A stretch of DNA of 64,000 bases, taken from Candidatus Dormiibacterota bacterium (lineage in GTDB: Bacteria; Chloroflexota; Dormibacteria; CF-121). How positions within the stretch are numbered: the first letter of the stretch is position 1; every line of letters begins with the position of its first letter. The stretch lies in assembly GCA_035716185.1 (NCBI GenBank), contig DASTJZ010000055.1:13565-77564 (forward strand), given 5' to 3'. Of the stretch, positions 9,032 through 18,603 are shown piece by piece. Made by a program: the position numbers and the translations under genes. Under the pieces are notes generated by a model. The model had not been told where the DNA came from. It searched no databases and saw nothing but the letters and a program-made list of their open reading frames with translations.

Positions 9032-9957
9032 CAGTCGCCCTGCTCCTTGAGCAGCTCGAGGAATCGATCCTCGAGGGTTTCGTGCCGTGGTTCCACGGCG
9101 TAGACGCGACCACCCTGACGGACGAGCTCGCTGACGAGCTCCGGAATCCGGTCCGGGTTCAGCCCACGAAACGTCAGCCATTCGCCCTCGTCCTCGAGGT
9201 TTCCGTATCCGGCCAACCCCGCTCGCCGATTCGCTTCGAGTCCGGTGACTCGCACCCGGACTGCGCCGTCCTTGCCCAGGATCTGCGACAACGTCCCGGT
9301 GGCAATCACACGGCCATGGTCCACGACCGCCAGCCGGTCGCAGACCTGCTCCACTTCGGTGAGCAGGTGCGAGTTGAGGAATACTGCGGTGCCTCGAGCT
9401 TTGAGCTGCCGAATAATCTCGCGCACGTCGTGCCGGCCAACCGGGTCGAGGGCGGAGGTCGGTTCGTCGAGCAGGACCAGGTCGGGCCGGCCGAGCAGTG
9501 CTACCCCCAGGCCGAGCCGCTGCTGCATTCCCTTGGAAAAGCCCTCGACGCGGTCGTTTCCTCGGTCCAGCAGTCCAACCGTCACCAGGGCGCGATCGAT
9601 CTCGTCTTTCCACTGGGAACGTGGAAGGCCGGCCAGTTCGCAATGCAGGCCAAGGACCTCGCGCGCTTTCATCCAGCCCTGGTAGCGAAACAGCTCGGGC
9701 AGGTATCCCAGCCGCCGCCGGGTTCCCAGGTCACCGAGCGGCGCACCCAGCACCCAGGCGTCGCCCGCCGTGGGTCGCGCCAGGCCGACGAGCAGCTTGA
9801 CGGCCGTCGTCTTGCCCGCTCCATTCGGCCCCAGAAAGCCAAAGACTTCGGCGCGGCGCACGCTCATCGTCAGGCCGGCGAGCGCCACCGTTTTTCCATA
9901 ACGCTTGGCCAGGTTCTGGGTGTGGACAGCGAGAGAGGCGGCATCGGCCGCCTCCAT
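9031..9957 (-). CDS. ABC transporter ATP-binding protein
   Basis: Walker A GPNGAGKTT, signature FSKGMQQRLGL and Walker B LLDEPT are present. The ATG at 9957 is preferred over the TTG at 9996. Confidence 0.85.
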   Translation of the reverse strand: MEAADAASLAVHTQNLAKRYGKTVALAGLTMSVRRAEVFGFLGPNGAGKTTAVKLLVGLARPTAGDAWVLGAPLGDLGTRRRLGYLPELFRYQGWMKAREVLGLHCELAGLPRSQWKDEIDRALVTVGLLDRGNDRVEGFSKGMQQRLGLGVALLGRPDLVLLDEPTSALDPVGRHDVREIIRQLKARGTAVFLNSHLLTEVEQVCDRLAVVDHGRVIATGTLSQILGKDGAVRVRVTGLEANRRAGLAGYGNLEDEGEWLTFRGLNPDRIPELVSELVRQGGRVYAVEPRHETLEDRFLELLKEQGD

Positions 9958-9976
9958 CGGATTTAGATCAGTTCGC

Positions 9977-11077
9977 TCAGGGGAGGGACGTGGCAATGGC
10001 GAGCACTTGGTCCGGCGTCAGCTGGCCTCCGACCGCGTAGATTACGCCATTCTCCTGCCAGACGATGCCCGCCCCGAACGCCGACTTGATCCGCAGGGCC
10101 TGCACGCCATGGACCTGGACGTTGTCGGTGGTGGCGTAGCCCGTCGGGATCGGGATCGGCAGCGTCGTGCTCGGATCCTTGATCGCCTTGATCTGGGCGG
10201 CGAACTCCGGCGGCACACCGGGCTGCGACAGCAAGTAATTCTCGAGCTGATCCCGGGAGGCGCCGGTCGAATCGACCGTTGGCATTCGCGTCTGGGCGAT
10301 GACCAGCGTCGGCATCTGCATCTCCGTGTTGTTTGCCGAGAGCCCCCAGGCTTCGACCAGGGCCGGGCCTGCATTCACGATCAGGGTGCTGCCATCGATG
10401 CTCGAGGGCATGGCGTTCACATGCACACCGGCCTTTGCCGCCGATGCGCGCAACCGCGCCGAATCGAAGGTCAACCTCCCGGTCGCCTGCGACACGACGC
10501 CGTAGCTCACCGGCCCGTTGATACCGTTCGGCAGCGAGGAGGGCGTCAGGATCGGCAAGCCCGACTCGGTATGTGCCGTCGCCGCGTCTATCACCTTGAG
10601 GGTGGGCGCCGCCGGTGACCACTTGACCTCTCCGTAGTCGAGAAGCTTGGTGGCTTGCGCGAAATCGGACGGCGAGACCTGGACACCGACGAACTGGCGC
10701 GGCTCGAAGACGCGTAGCCACTGGGTGGCGACGCCGGTTACGGCAACGCCACTGATCAGGACCGCCGCCAGGGCGACCGCGATGGCAGGGGTTGCCAGCG
10801 GCCGCCAGCGCGGTGAGTTCCGGTCGAACCAGCGCTGGTACCAGGGGCGATCGGTCGTGTGCTTGATCCGGCGCTGTAGCGATGCCAGCGCTGCCGCCGG
10901 CTGCGGCTCGAATGCTGGCACGGTCAATAGGCCGGCGCTCGAGCGTGCCCCATCGGCGATGGCGCGGAATCGGGCCTGGCACGAGGCGCACGAGTCGTAA
11001 TGCGCCTGGTCGTCCGCCGAGAGCGCCAGTGGCTCGTCGTAGATGCGTCGAAGCGTTCCGTCATTCAGATGGCGCAC
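9977..11077 (-). CDS. anti-sigma factor: zf-HC2 (ZAS) N-domain, single TM, large extracytoplasmic C-domain
   Basis: HYDSCASC (Hx3Cx2C) motif and TM segment AIAVALAAVLISGVAV are present. GTG start at 11077 with a GGAGGT RBS. Overlaps the sigma gene by 17 nt. Confidence 0.75.
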   Translation of the reverse strand: MRHLNDGTLRRIYDEPLALSADDQAHYDSCASCQARFRAIADGARSSAGLLTVPAFEPQPAAALASLQRRIKHTTDRPWYQRWFDRNSPRWRPLATPAIAVALAAVLISGVAVTGVATQWLRVFEPRQFVGVQVSPSDFAQATKLLDYGEVKWSPAAPTLKVIDAATAHTESGLPILTPSSLPNGINGPVSYGVVSQATGRLTFDSARLRASAAKAGVHVNAMPSSIDGSTLIVNAGPALVEAWGLSANNTEMQMPTLVIAQTRMPTVDSTGASRDQLENYLLSQPGVPPEFAAQIKAIKDPSTTLPIPIPTGYATTDNVQVHGVQALRIKSAFGAGIVWQENGVIYAVGGQLTPDQVLAIATSLP

Positions 11078-11624
11078 GATTGACCTCCTTGCGCAGGGCC
11101 TCTTCCGCCCGGCGCAGCACCGTCCCGACATTCCCGACCTTCATCCCCAGCGCCGAGGCGACCTCGGCGTAGCTCAGCCCGCTGTGGCGAAGCAGCAAGA
11201 CCGCGGCAGTCCGCTGCGGCAGTCGCGCCAGCGCGCTGCGCACCTCTCGCCGGCGTTCGCCTTCCTCGACGATGCCTTCCGGACTGGCAATCGAGGCCTG
11301 GGCGGCATCCCGGGCGTGCGCCGTCTCGCGCTGGGCGCGGCGCCGTTCCCCCCGGATCACGTTCAGCGCCGAATGGACGGCGGCCGCATGCAACCACCCG
11401 GAGGCCCGCTCGGAGTCGGGGGAGAGGCTCCGATGGAACTTGAGGAAGACCTCCTGGGCGACGTCTTCGGCCGCCGGCCGATCGGCGAGAACCCGATAGG
11501 CGATGGCGACGACTTTCGGATATTCCTGCAGGAACAGGCGCTCGAACGGATCGGGCACTCGTTGCTTAACGGCCGCCAGCGGTAGCGGCGTTACGGTCGG
11601 GCGCCAGGCCTGGGCGTAGAGCAT
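11061..11624 (-). CDS. ECF (sigma-70 family) RNA polymerase sigma factor
   Basis: Region 2 (…AEDVAQEVFLKFHR…) and region 4 (…LSYAEVASALGMKVGNVGTVLRRA…) are present. The gene is co-oriented with, and overlaps, the anti-sigma gene. Confidence 0.85.
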   Translation of the reverse strand: MLYAQAWRPTVTPLPLAAVKQRVPDPFERLFLQEYPKVVAIAYRVLADRPAAEDVAQEVFLKFHRSLSPDSERASGWLHAAAVHSALNVIRGERRRAQRETAHARDAAQASIASPEGIVEEGERRREVRSALARLPQRTAAVLLLRHSGLSYAEVASALGMKVGNVGTVLRRAEEALRKEVNRAPSE

Positions 11625-11783
11625 TCATCAGGAGAGCACCATGGAAGGCTCGAATGTGACAGACGCGGAATCTCCTGGGCGCCTGACGCGCGGGTGAGAC
11701 GCCCCCGACATCATGAGAGAACGATGAAAGGGGGCAACAACTGTGGGGAAACCTGTATATATTGATGTTGGGATGGGTGAGCA

Positions 11784-11800
11784 GCCACCCGTCGGGTGGC
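11784..11800. promoter_or_regulatory. perfect 17-bp palindrome GCCACCCG-T-CGGGTGGC, 29 nt upstream of the mce operon start
   Basis: Read directly in the sequence. A candidate operator. It lies downstream of an unusually AT-rich patch (tgtatatattgatgtt, 11752-11768) that could hold the -10 element. Confidence 0.3.
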
Positions 11801-11828
11801 TTCGGGAGAACTCGTCGGGAGCTGAACC

Positions 11829-12608
11829 ATGATCGCGCGCGCCCGCCGGTCGGTCAGTGGCGTCGGCGAACTCAGCCTGCTCTTCTGGGCGGCGCTGCGG
11901 GGCGCGATGCGGCGGCCCTTCTACTGGAAAGAGTTCTTCGACCAGTGCCGGTTCATCCTGACCGCCAACTTCATTCCACTGCTGCTGACCGGCATCGGCT
12001 GGGGCATTATCGTCTCCCTCGAAGCGGGCCACTTCTTCCGGGGCGCCAGCAGCGAGTGGCGGCTGGGCGGCTTCACCGTGATGGCCAATGTGCGCGAGTT
12101 TTCGCCGGTTGCGACCGGCCTCATGATCGCGGCGGTCAGCGGTACCGCGATCGTCGCCGACCTGGGCGCACGGCAAGTGCGGCAGGAGCTCGAGGCACTG
12201 AGCGTGATGGGGCTCTCGAATGTGTTGTTCATCGTCGTGCCGCGGGCCCTGGCGCTGATGGTGATGACCGCGCTCTACAACGTGCCAATGATCGTCTTCA
12301 CCACGTTGTCGGGGTTTGCCGTGGCCGTGGCCGTCATTGGGGTCAACCCCGGTGCCTTCATCGCCAGCTTCGTGACCCAGGGCACGCTGGTCGACCTGTT
12401 TGGGGGTGAGATCAAATGCATCCTCTTCGGCGCGCTGGTGGCCGCCATCTGCATATATAAAGGTATAACCGCGAAGGGCGGCGCCGAAGGCGTTGCCCGC
12501 GCCGTTCACTCCGGTGTCGTCTGGTGCTTCGTCGGGATCCAGGCGCTCGAGTATCTCTACACCCCCACCGTTCTGGCGTTGTTCCACACCCAGAACGTGC
12601 TGCGCTGA
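11829..12608 (+). CDS. yrbEA: Mce-associated ABC permease YrbE/MlaE family (YrbEA)
   Basis: 259-aa MlaE-type permease. RBS GGGAG precedes the ATG. Confidence 0.9.
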   Translation: MIARARRSVSGVGELSLLFWAALRGAMRRPFYWKEFFDQCRFILTANFIPLLLTGIGWGIIVSLEAGHFFRGASSEWRLGGFTVMANVREFSPVATGLMIAAVSGTAIVADLGARQVRQELEALSVMGLSNVLFIVVPRALALMVMTALYNVPMIVFTTLSGFAVAVAVIGVNPGAFIASFVTQGTLVDLFGGEIKCILFGALVAAICIYKGITAKGGAEGVARAVHSGVVWCFVGIQALEYLYTPTVLALFHTQNVLR

Positions 12609-12611
12609 GGA

Positions 12612-13454
12612 ATGGCAACCACCACTGTCCGGCCGCCGGCGCAGCAGTTCGGTCAGGTCCCCCGCCGCTTCTGGGCCCCAGGCCTGGGGCTGTTCGATGT
12701 CCTGGGCGAGATCGTCCTCTTCGCCATCACCGCCCTGCGCGCCATCCCGCGAGCGCTGCATTACCGCAGCGAGATCTGGTGGTACGCCGCCTTCCTGGCG
12801 ATCGGCTCGACGCCGGTGGCGCTGGTGATGACCTATTTCAGCGGCTCGGAATGCTCGGTCGAGGCCTACTACTCGCTCCACCAGCTGGGCGGTGCGGAGA
12901 GCCTGGCCGGCGTCTTCAACGCGCTCTGCGACATGCGGGAGATCACGCCCATCTTCTTCGGCTTCGCCATCGGCGCCAAGGTCGGCTGCGGGCTGGTCGC
13001 CGAGCTGGGCACGATGCGGATCAACGAAGAGATCGATGCGCTCGAGACCATGGGCGTCCCCTCGGTGCCGTTCCTGGTGACGACCCGAATGGTCGCCGCG
13101 CTCCTGGTGCTGCCCCTGATGTACGTGCTCTCGCTCGCCACCAGCTTCTTCGCCAGTTGGGTGGTGCAGCGCTTTCAGATCGGCCTGGTCTCGAACGGCG
13201 TCTATTTCTCCTACTTCTGGCGCTTCACGAACCTGACGGACTTCGGCTATTCGCTGATCAAGGCCGTCATCTTCGCCTTCCTGGTGATCTGCGTCGGCGT
13301 CTATTACGGCTACCACGTCAAGGGCGGTGCGGTCGGCATCGGCCGAGCGGTAGCGAAAACGATGGCGGTCAGCCTGGTGCTGACGGTAGTGGTGAACGCG
13401 ATCCTGACCCAGATCTTCTGGGGCCAGAATCCCAACCTCCCGATCCCCTCGTGA
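12612..13454 (+). CDS. yrbEB: Mce-associated ABC permease YrbE/MlaE family (YrbEB)
   Basis: 280-aa paralogue of the preceding permease. Confidence 0.9.
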   Translation: MATTTVRPPAQQFGQVPRRFWAPGLGLFDVLGEIVLFAITALRAIPRALHYRSEIWWYAAFLAIGSTPVALVMTYFSGSECSVEAYYSLHQLGGAESLAGVFNALCDMREITPIFFGFAIGAKVGCGLVAELGTMRINEEIDALETMGVPSVPFLVTTRMVAALLVLPLMYVLSLATSFFASWVVQRFQIGLVSNGVYFSYFWRFTNLTDFGYSLIKAVIFAFLVICVGVYYGYHVKGGAVGIGRAVAKTMAVSLVLTVVVNAILTQIFWGQNPNLPIPS

Positions 13455-13470
13455 AAGAAGGCACATAGAC

Positions 13471-14304
13471 ATGGAACAAACGGCGTCGGACAGGCTCAAA
13501 GAGACACCGGTCGTCACGGCGCAGCGCGCACTGGAACACGCCGCCAACGGCGAATTCATGGTCGAGGTGGACAACGTCCACAAGGCCTTCGAAGACAAGG
13601 TCGTGCTGGATGGGGTCACCTGCCAGATCCCTGCCGGAAAGATCTCGGTGGTCATGGGCCCCTCGGGCACCGGTAAGAGCGTCCTGCTCCGCCACATCGT
13701 CGGCCTCCTCTATCCGGACCGGGGCGACGTTCGGGTCGCCGGCAAGAGCGTGCCCCGCCTGAGTGAAGAGGAGCTGCTCGAGCTGCGCCGCAACGTCGGC
13801 ATGCTGTTCCAGGACGGCGCGCTGTTCAGCTCCATGAATCTCTACGACAACGTCGCCTTTCCGCTTCGCCAGCACACCAAGAAATCGGAGGGTGAGATCA
13901 AGGAGATCGTGATGCAGCGGCTGGAGGAAGTCGGCCTGGCGGACGCCGTCAAGAAGATGCCGAACGAGCTCTCCGGTGGGATGCGCAAGCGCGCCGGTTT
14001 CGCCCGAGCCCTGGTGCTCGAGCCCGAGATCCTGCTCTTCGACGAGCCCGACTCCGGGCTCGACCCGGTGCGCACGGCGCTGCTCTGCGATCTGATCAAG
14101 CAGATCCAGCAGAAATACAAGTCCACCGGAATCGTCATCAGCCACGACATCAACTCGTGCTTCAACATCGGCGACCACATCATCCTGTTGCACGGCGGCA
14201 AGGTGGTCGACCAGGGCTCCAAGGACGAGCTCCAGAAGTCGACCAATCCATTCACGCAGCAATTCATCAAGGGCGCCGTCGAAGGCCCGCTGGGCATGGA
14301 GTAG
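13471..14304 (+). CDS. Mce-associated ABC ATPase (Mkl/MceG/MlaF type), embedded in the operon
   Basis: Walker A GPSGTGKS, signature LSGGMRKRAGFA and Walker B LLFDEPDSGLD are present. Confidence 0.9.
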   Translation: MEQTASDRLKETPVVTAQRALEHAANGEFMVEVDNVHKAFEDKVVLDGVTCQIPAGKISVVMGPSGTGKSVLLRHIVGLLYPDRGDVRVAGKSVPRLSEEELLELRRNVGMLFQDGALFSSMNLYDNVAFPLRQHTKKSEGEIKEIVMQRLEEVGLADAVKKMPNELSGGMRKRAGFARALVLEPEILLFDEPDSGLDPVRTALLCDLIKQIQQKYKSTGIVISHDINSCFNIGDHIILLHGGKVVDQGSKDELQKSTNPFTQQFIKGAVEGPLGME

Positions 14305-14307
14305 CCG

Positions 14308-15390
14308 GTGAACGGGCTCCGTTCCTGGGTTACCAGGTATCGAGTCGGACTCGTGGTGGGATTGGTGATCCTGCTGGCGATCGTTTCCTTCCGGCTGGTC
14401 AACGGGTTGACCGCCTACCGGCTGGTCGTCCCCCTGGACTCGGCGGACGGGCTCTACCCCGGCAGCGACGTGCTGATCGCCGGCGCCAAGGCCGGCAGCG
14501 TGCAGGACATCACGCTCGATGGCAACCGCACCCTGGTCACCATCGTCCTCGACGACGCCTACGCGCCGGTGCATCGGGACGCCAAAGTGACGGTCCGGCC
14601 GAAGAGCCTGCTCGGGGAAAAATACGTCGCCCTGGATGCGGGGACGTCGGACGCGCTCGATTCCGGTGCCGAGCTTCCCCAGACGCAGGTCGCGCGCGCC
14701 GTCGATCTCCAGGACGTGGTCAACAGCCTTGACCAGCCCACCCGCGAAAAGCTGCGCACCCTGGTGATCTCGCTGGGCGGCGGGCTGGCCGGGCGTGGGC
14801 TCGATACCAACCAGACGCTCGGCTACGGGCGGACCGATCTCGACCACCTGGCCGCCATCACCAAGACCCTCGCGGCCCGCGACCAGGACCTGGAGCAGGT
14901 GATCCAGGGACTCGACCAGGTGACCGCCGAGCTGAGTAAGAGCGATCGGCGAACCGAGCTGGGCGCGTTGATCAAGAACTCGGAGACACTGCTGCACTCA
15001 CTGTCGCAGCAGGACGCACAGATCAAGGCCACCCTCGCCAACGCCAACGCGGCGCTGCGCCGTTCCGATGTTTCGCTCTCCGGCACCGCGGCGCAGCTGA
15101 ATGACATCTTCAAGCAGGCGCCCCGGACGGTCGATCTCCTCAGCGGGCTCAGCCGTACGCTGGCGAGCAATACCGACCTGCTCGTCTCAGACCTCGGCAC
15201 TTTCGACCAGGGGATGAAGTCCAGCAGCGACGTCTTCGGTGCCCAGGACGGGGAGGGCTATGCCACCCGGATCAACGTCATCACCGGCCCCTGCAGCGCG
15301 GCGCCATGCAATCCGCCCTCGGTCACCGGTGGCAACGTCCCCGACTCGTTTGATGCCGTTGTGAAGCTGCTTCTCGGAGGCGGCCGGTGA
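14308..15390 (+). CDS. Mce family protein (MceA)
   Basis: N-terminal TM followed by an MlaD/Mce domain (…GLYPGSDVLIAGAKAGSV…LLGEKYVALD…). GTG start. Confidence 0.85.
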   Translation: MNGLRSWVTRYRVGLVVGLVILLAIVSFRLVNGLTAYRLVVPLDSADGLYPGSDVLIAGAKAGSVQDITLDGNRTLVTIVLDDAYAPVHRDAKVTVRPKSLLGEKYVALDAGTSDALDSGAELPQTQVARAVDLQDVVNSLDQPTREKLRTLVISLGGGLAGRGLDTNQTLGYGRTDLDHLAAITKTLAARDQDLEQVIQGLDQVTAELSKSDRRTELGALIKNSETLLHSLSQQDAQIKATLANANAALRRSDVSLSGTAAQLNDIFKQAPRTVDLLSGLSRTLASNTDLLVSDLGTFDQGMKSSSDVFGAQDGEGYATRINVITGPCSAAPCNPPSVTGGNVPDSFDAVVKLLLGGGR

Positions 15391-16418
15391 GGAGCCGCGC
15401 CAACCTGCCGGTCTTCCTCGCCTACGTGGTGATCGGCCTGCTTGCCACCGCCTTCCTGGCGGCGCAGATGGGCGGTGAGTTCGCCTTTGGCGGGTATCGG
15501 GTCAACGCCGTCTTCAAAACCGGGGCCGAACTGGTCCAGGGCGACGACGTCACCATGTCCGGTCTGCGCGTCGGCAAGGTGGAACGCCTTTCGCCGATGT
15601 CCGGCGCCGTCGAGGTGAGCATGCTGCTCCACTCGGACTTCACCCCGGTCTTCAAGGATGCCCGAGCCGTGATCCGCCAGAAGAACCTGCTCGGTGAAGC
15701 GTACATCGAGCTCAACCGTGGGACGTCCTCCCAGGGGAGCATCGCCGATGGCGGGACCATCGACGAAACGCACACGCTCACACCGGTCGAGGTCGACCAG
15801 GTGTTGAACGCGCTCGATCCATCCGTCCGGGACCAACTCGACATCGTGATCAACACCCTCGGCCAGGCGACGGCCGGCCAGGGTCAGGACATGAACGCCT
15901 CGGCCTCCGACCTCTCGTCGATCGCGGTCGACCTGGAGTCGCTGGCCCATACCCTGGCCAACAATTCCGATCACCTCGATGCCCTGATCGCCGATCTGCG
16001 CAAGGTGATGGAAACTCTGGCCGCCTGGCACGCCGACTTCAGGGCGATGATCACCGACTGGGACAACGTGATGGCGACGCTCGCCTCGCGCGAGCAGAAC
16101 CTGCAGGGCACCATCGTCGAGCAGGACCGGGTGCTCAGCATCCTGGACCAGGCGCTCAGCGGTGGCGCGGCCGACCAGCTGCACGGCGCGATCGCCGAAG
16201 GGCCGGCCGCCATCGACAATGCGAATCACTACCTCGCCGGGGCGGCCACCGTCTACGACGTCGTCCAGCAGGATTTGCCGGGCGTCAAGCAATTGTTCAT
16301 CGAGCTGGCCTCCGCCTTGAGCGGGATCGGACATCCGAATGAGCCGGGCACCAATCCCAACGACTGGGTGCACATGTGGCGCGTCTACTGCGCCCAACAG
16401 TGCTTCCAGCCAGGCTAA
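15387..16418 (+). CDS. Mce family protein (MceB)
   Basis: Mce domain present. The start overlaps the mceA stop. Confidence 0.85.
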   Translation: MRSRANLPVFLAYVVIGLLATAFLAAQMGGEFAFGGYRVNAVFKTGAELVQGDDVTMSGLRVGKVERLSPMSGAVEVSMLLHSDFTPVFKDARAVIRQKNLLGEAYIELNRGTSSQGSIADGGTIDETHTLTPVEVDQVLNALDPSVRDQLDIVINTLGQATAGQGQDMNASASDLSSIAVDLESLAHTLANNSDHLDALIADLRKVMETLAAWHADFRAMITDWDNVMATLASREQNLQGTIVEQDRVLSILDQALSGGAADQLHGAIAEGPAAIDNANHYLAGAATVYDVVQQDLPGVKQLFIELASALSGIGHPNEPGTNPNDWVHMWRVYCAQQCFQPG

Positions 16419-16420
16419 GC

Positions 16421-17584
16421 ATGGCCAAACACATCGTTGTCAGCGTCGTGATGGTGATCGTCTTCGCCGGGGCTTGCCTGGGCGGGCTGGCCTTCATCGC
16501 GCTCAACATGGGGCTGCACGGCCCCTGGAGCAACGAGTTCGCGCTGAGCGCCGAGTTCGACAGCGCCAACGGGTTGGTGCCGCAGGCCGAGGTCCGGGTG
16601 AGTGGTGTCCACGTCGGGACCGTGCTCACCATCAGCGACTCCAGTGACGGCGGCGCGCTGGTGAAGATGGCACTGCAGCCCGGAATTCATCTACGACAGG
16701 ACACCCGCGCCGTGATCCGCCCCAAGACCATGCTCGGCGAGAAGTTCGTCGAACTGGTTCGCCCACAGAGCAGTAGCCAGCCGTACCTGCAGAGCGGCGC
16801 GACCATCCCCAAGTCCCAGACCAGACAGGCGGTCGAGATCGACGACATCCTCAATGCGATGGACGCGCCTACCCGCCAGGCGATGTCCGAGTCGTTCCGT
16901 CAACTGGGCGTGGCCCTGGATGGACGGCAAGCCGATGTCAGCGCGGCGCTGGCGCCGCTCGACGCGACGATCACCAACCTGCGGCCACTGGCGCGCGTCG
17001 GCGAGAGCCGGCAGCAAGAGCTGGACCGGATCCTGACCAATCTCAACACCATCATGCAGGCCCTCGCCGACGAGCAGGACCAGCTCGGACACATCGTCGA
17101 CAGCGGCGATACGGTGATGAGCGCAATCGCCTCGCGCGATCAGGCACTCGCCGGGACGGTGCAGCACGGCGCAGCCGTCTTTGGATCGCTCGACCAGGCC
17201 TTCAGTGACACCACCCCGGCCGATCGCGCGTCGCTGCAGAAGAGCCCGGCGACCATCGCCGCCGGGCAGCACGTCCTCGGCCTGACAAATCCCGCGGTTG
17301 ACCAGCTACTGCCGGAGATCCTTCTCGGCCAGATCAGCTACCCGAACGACCAGCTGAACATCAGCAACGACGAGTCGCTGATCCTCGCCCAGGAGTGGAT
17401 CTCCGCGTTTTCACAGCGTTGCGGCGTGACCCCGCCGCCGCAGACGAATTGCCTGCGCATCTTCGGCAACCCGCAGGGGGTCCAGCCTGGGACTACCCCG
17501 ACACCGGCGGGCGTCCCGGGCATCCCGACCGCGCCGCCGGACCTGGCAAGCCTCCTGCTGATGACCTTGGGGAAGACCCCATGA
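16421..17584 (+). CDS. Mce family protein (MceC)
   Basis: ATG encoding MAKHIVVSVVMVIVFAG, two nt after the mceB stop. The ORF-track start at 16376 would overlap mceB. Confidence 0.8.
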   Translation: MAKHIVVSVVMVIVFAGACLGGLAFIALNMGLHGPWSNEFALSAEFDSANGLVPQAEVRVSGVHVGTVLTISDSSDGGALVKMALQPGIHLRQDTRAVIRPKTMLGEKFVELVRPQSSSQPYLQSGATIPKSQTRQAVEIDDILNAMDAPTRQAMSESFRQLGVALDGRQADVSAALAPLDATITNLRPLARVGESRQQELDRILTNLNTIMQALADEQDQLGHIVDSGDTVMSAIASRDQALAGTVQHGAAVFGSLDQAFSDTTPADRASLQKSPATIAAGQHVLGLTNPAVDQLLPEILLGQISYPNDQLNISNDESLILAQEWISAFSQRCGVTPPPQTNCLRIFGNPQGVQPGTTPTPAGVPGIPTAPPDLASLLLMTLGKTP

Positions 17585-18603
17585 AGCTGCTGGCCGTGAT
17601 CGTCGCCGCCGGCGCGCTGCTCGCCGGGCTGACCAGCGCGGTGTTCGGCAACCACTCCTACACCATCACGGCCTACTTCCTCAGCGCCGAAGGCCTGACC
17701 GCGCAGAACGATGTGGTCATCAACGGCACCCGCGTCGGAAAGGTCGATTCCGTGGCGCTCGCACCCGACGATGGTCCGAGCCATGGCGGCGCCCAGCTGG
17801 TGATGGAAATCGACGGCAGCTCCGCGCCGCTGCATCGCGGCACCCGGGCCACCATCCGCTCAAAGGGACTGCTGGGCAACCCATTCATCGAGCTCAGCCC
17901 GGGCCCGTCGAGCGGCGAGGTGATCCAGTCCGGCGGAACCCTGCCACTGCAGGACACCGCCTCCCCGGTCGACCTGGACCAGGTGATGGACCTCTTCGAC
18001 CCCCAGACGCGCGCTCGGATCCAGACGCTGACCCGCGAGGGTGGCGCCTCTCTGGCCGGCCGCGGTTCCGATTTGAACACCTTCCTGGCCGCGCTGCCCC
18101 TGGTCATGCAGGACACCGCGGCGGTCACCGACAAGATTGCGTCGCAGGACAAGCAGCTCAGCGACCTCGACATCGAATTCGATCGCATCGCGCAGATGAT
18201 GGCCAGCGAGGACCAGGCGTTCCGGCGCGACCTGACCAACGGGGCAAGCCTTCTCGACGTGACCGCCGCGCACGAGGCGCAACTGAAGGCCGAGCTGGTC
18301 TACGCCGATAGCGCCGTCAGTCAACTGGCCGCCGGCCTGAAGGGGCACGAGCACGATCTCAATCAGATCTTGAAGGCGATGCCGGCGCTGCTCGACGAGC
18401 TGCAGGCGCTTTCCGACCACTCGTCGACCTCACTGGCGATCCTCGATCCCTGCATGTCCGACATCATCCAGACGCTGGCCGAGATGCGGAACGCCGAGGC
18501 GTATCGCGACGGCGTCGGCAACCTGATGCGCGTGCATCCATACGTCTTCCGCGGCACCGAGCCGGTCAATACGGCACGGCTTGCCTGCAGCGGAGGCCAG
18601 TGA
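17581..18603 (+). CDS. Mce family protein (MceD)
   Basis: ATG encoding MKLLAVIVAAG. ATGA overlap with the mceC stop. Mce domain present. Confidence 0.85.
   Translation: MKLLAVIVAAGALLAGLTSAVFGNHSYTITAYFLSAEGLTAQNDVVINGTRVGKVDSVALAPDDGPSHGGAQLVMEIDGSSAPLHRGTRATIRSKGLLGNPFIELSPGPSSGEVIQSGGTLPLQDTASPVDLDQVMDLFDPQTRARIQTLTREGGASLAGRGSDLNTFLAALPLVMQDTAAVTDKIASQDKQLSDLDIEFDRIAQMMASEDQAFRRDLTNGASLLDVTAAHEAQLKAELVYADSAVSQLAAGLKGHEHDLNQILKAMPALLDELQALSDHSSTSLAILDPCMSDIIQTLAEMRNAEAYRDGVGNLMRVHPYVFRGTEPVNTARLACSGGQ

Noticed and set aside
11625-11760. Autoregulated ECF promoter (GGAAC…CGTT type) upstream of the sigma gene
   Set aside because: No convincing -35/-10 match was found by eye. Only the TGTCACA box was noted.
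11628-13697. 689-aa ORF on the minus strand
   Set aside because: It lies antisense to the yrbEA/yrbEB/ATPase genes and is low-complexity and rich in Arg, Gly, Asp and His. This is a typical high-GC shadow ORF.
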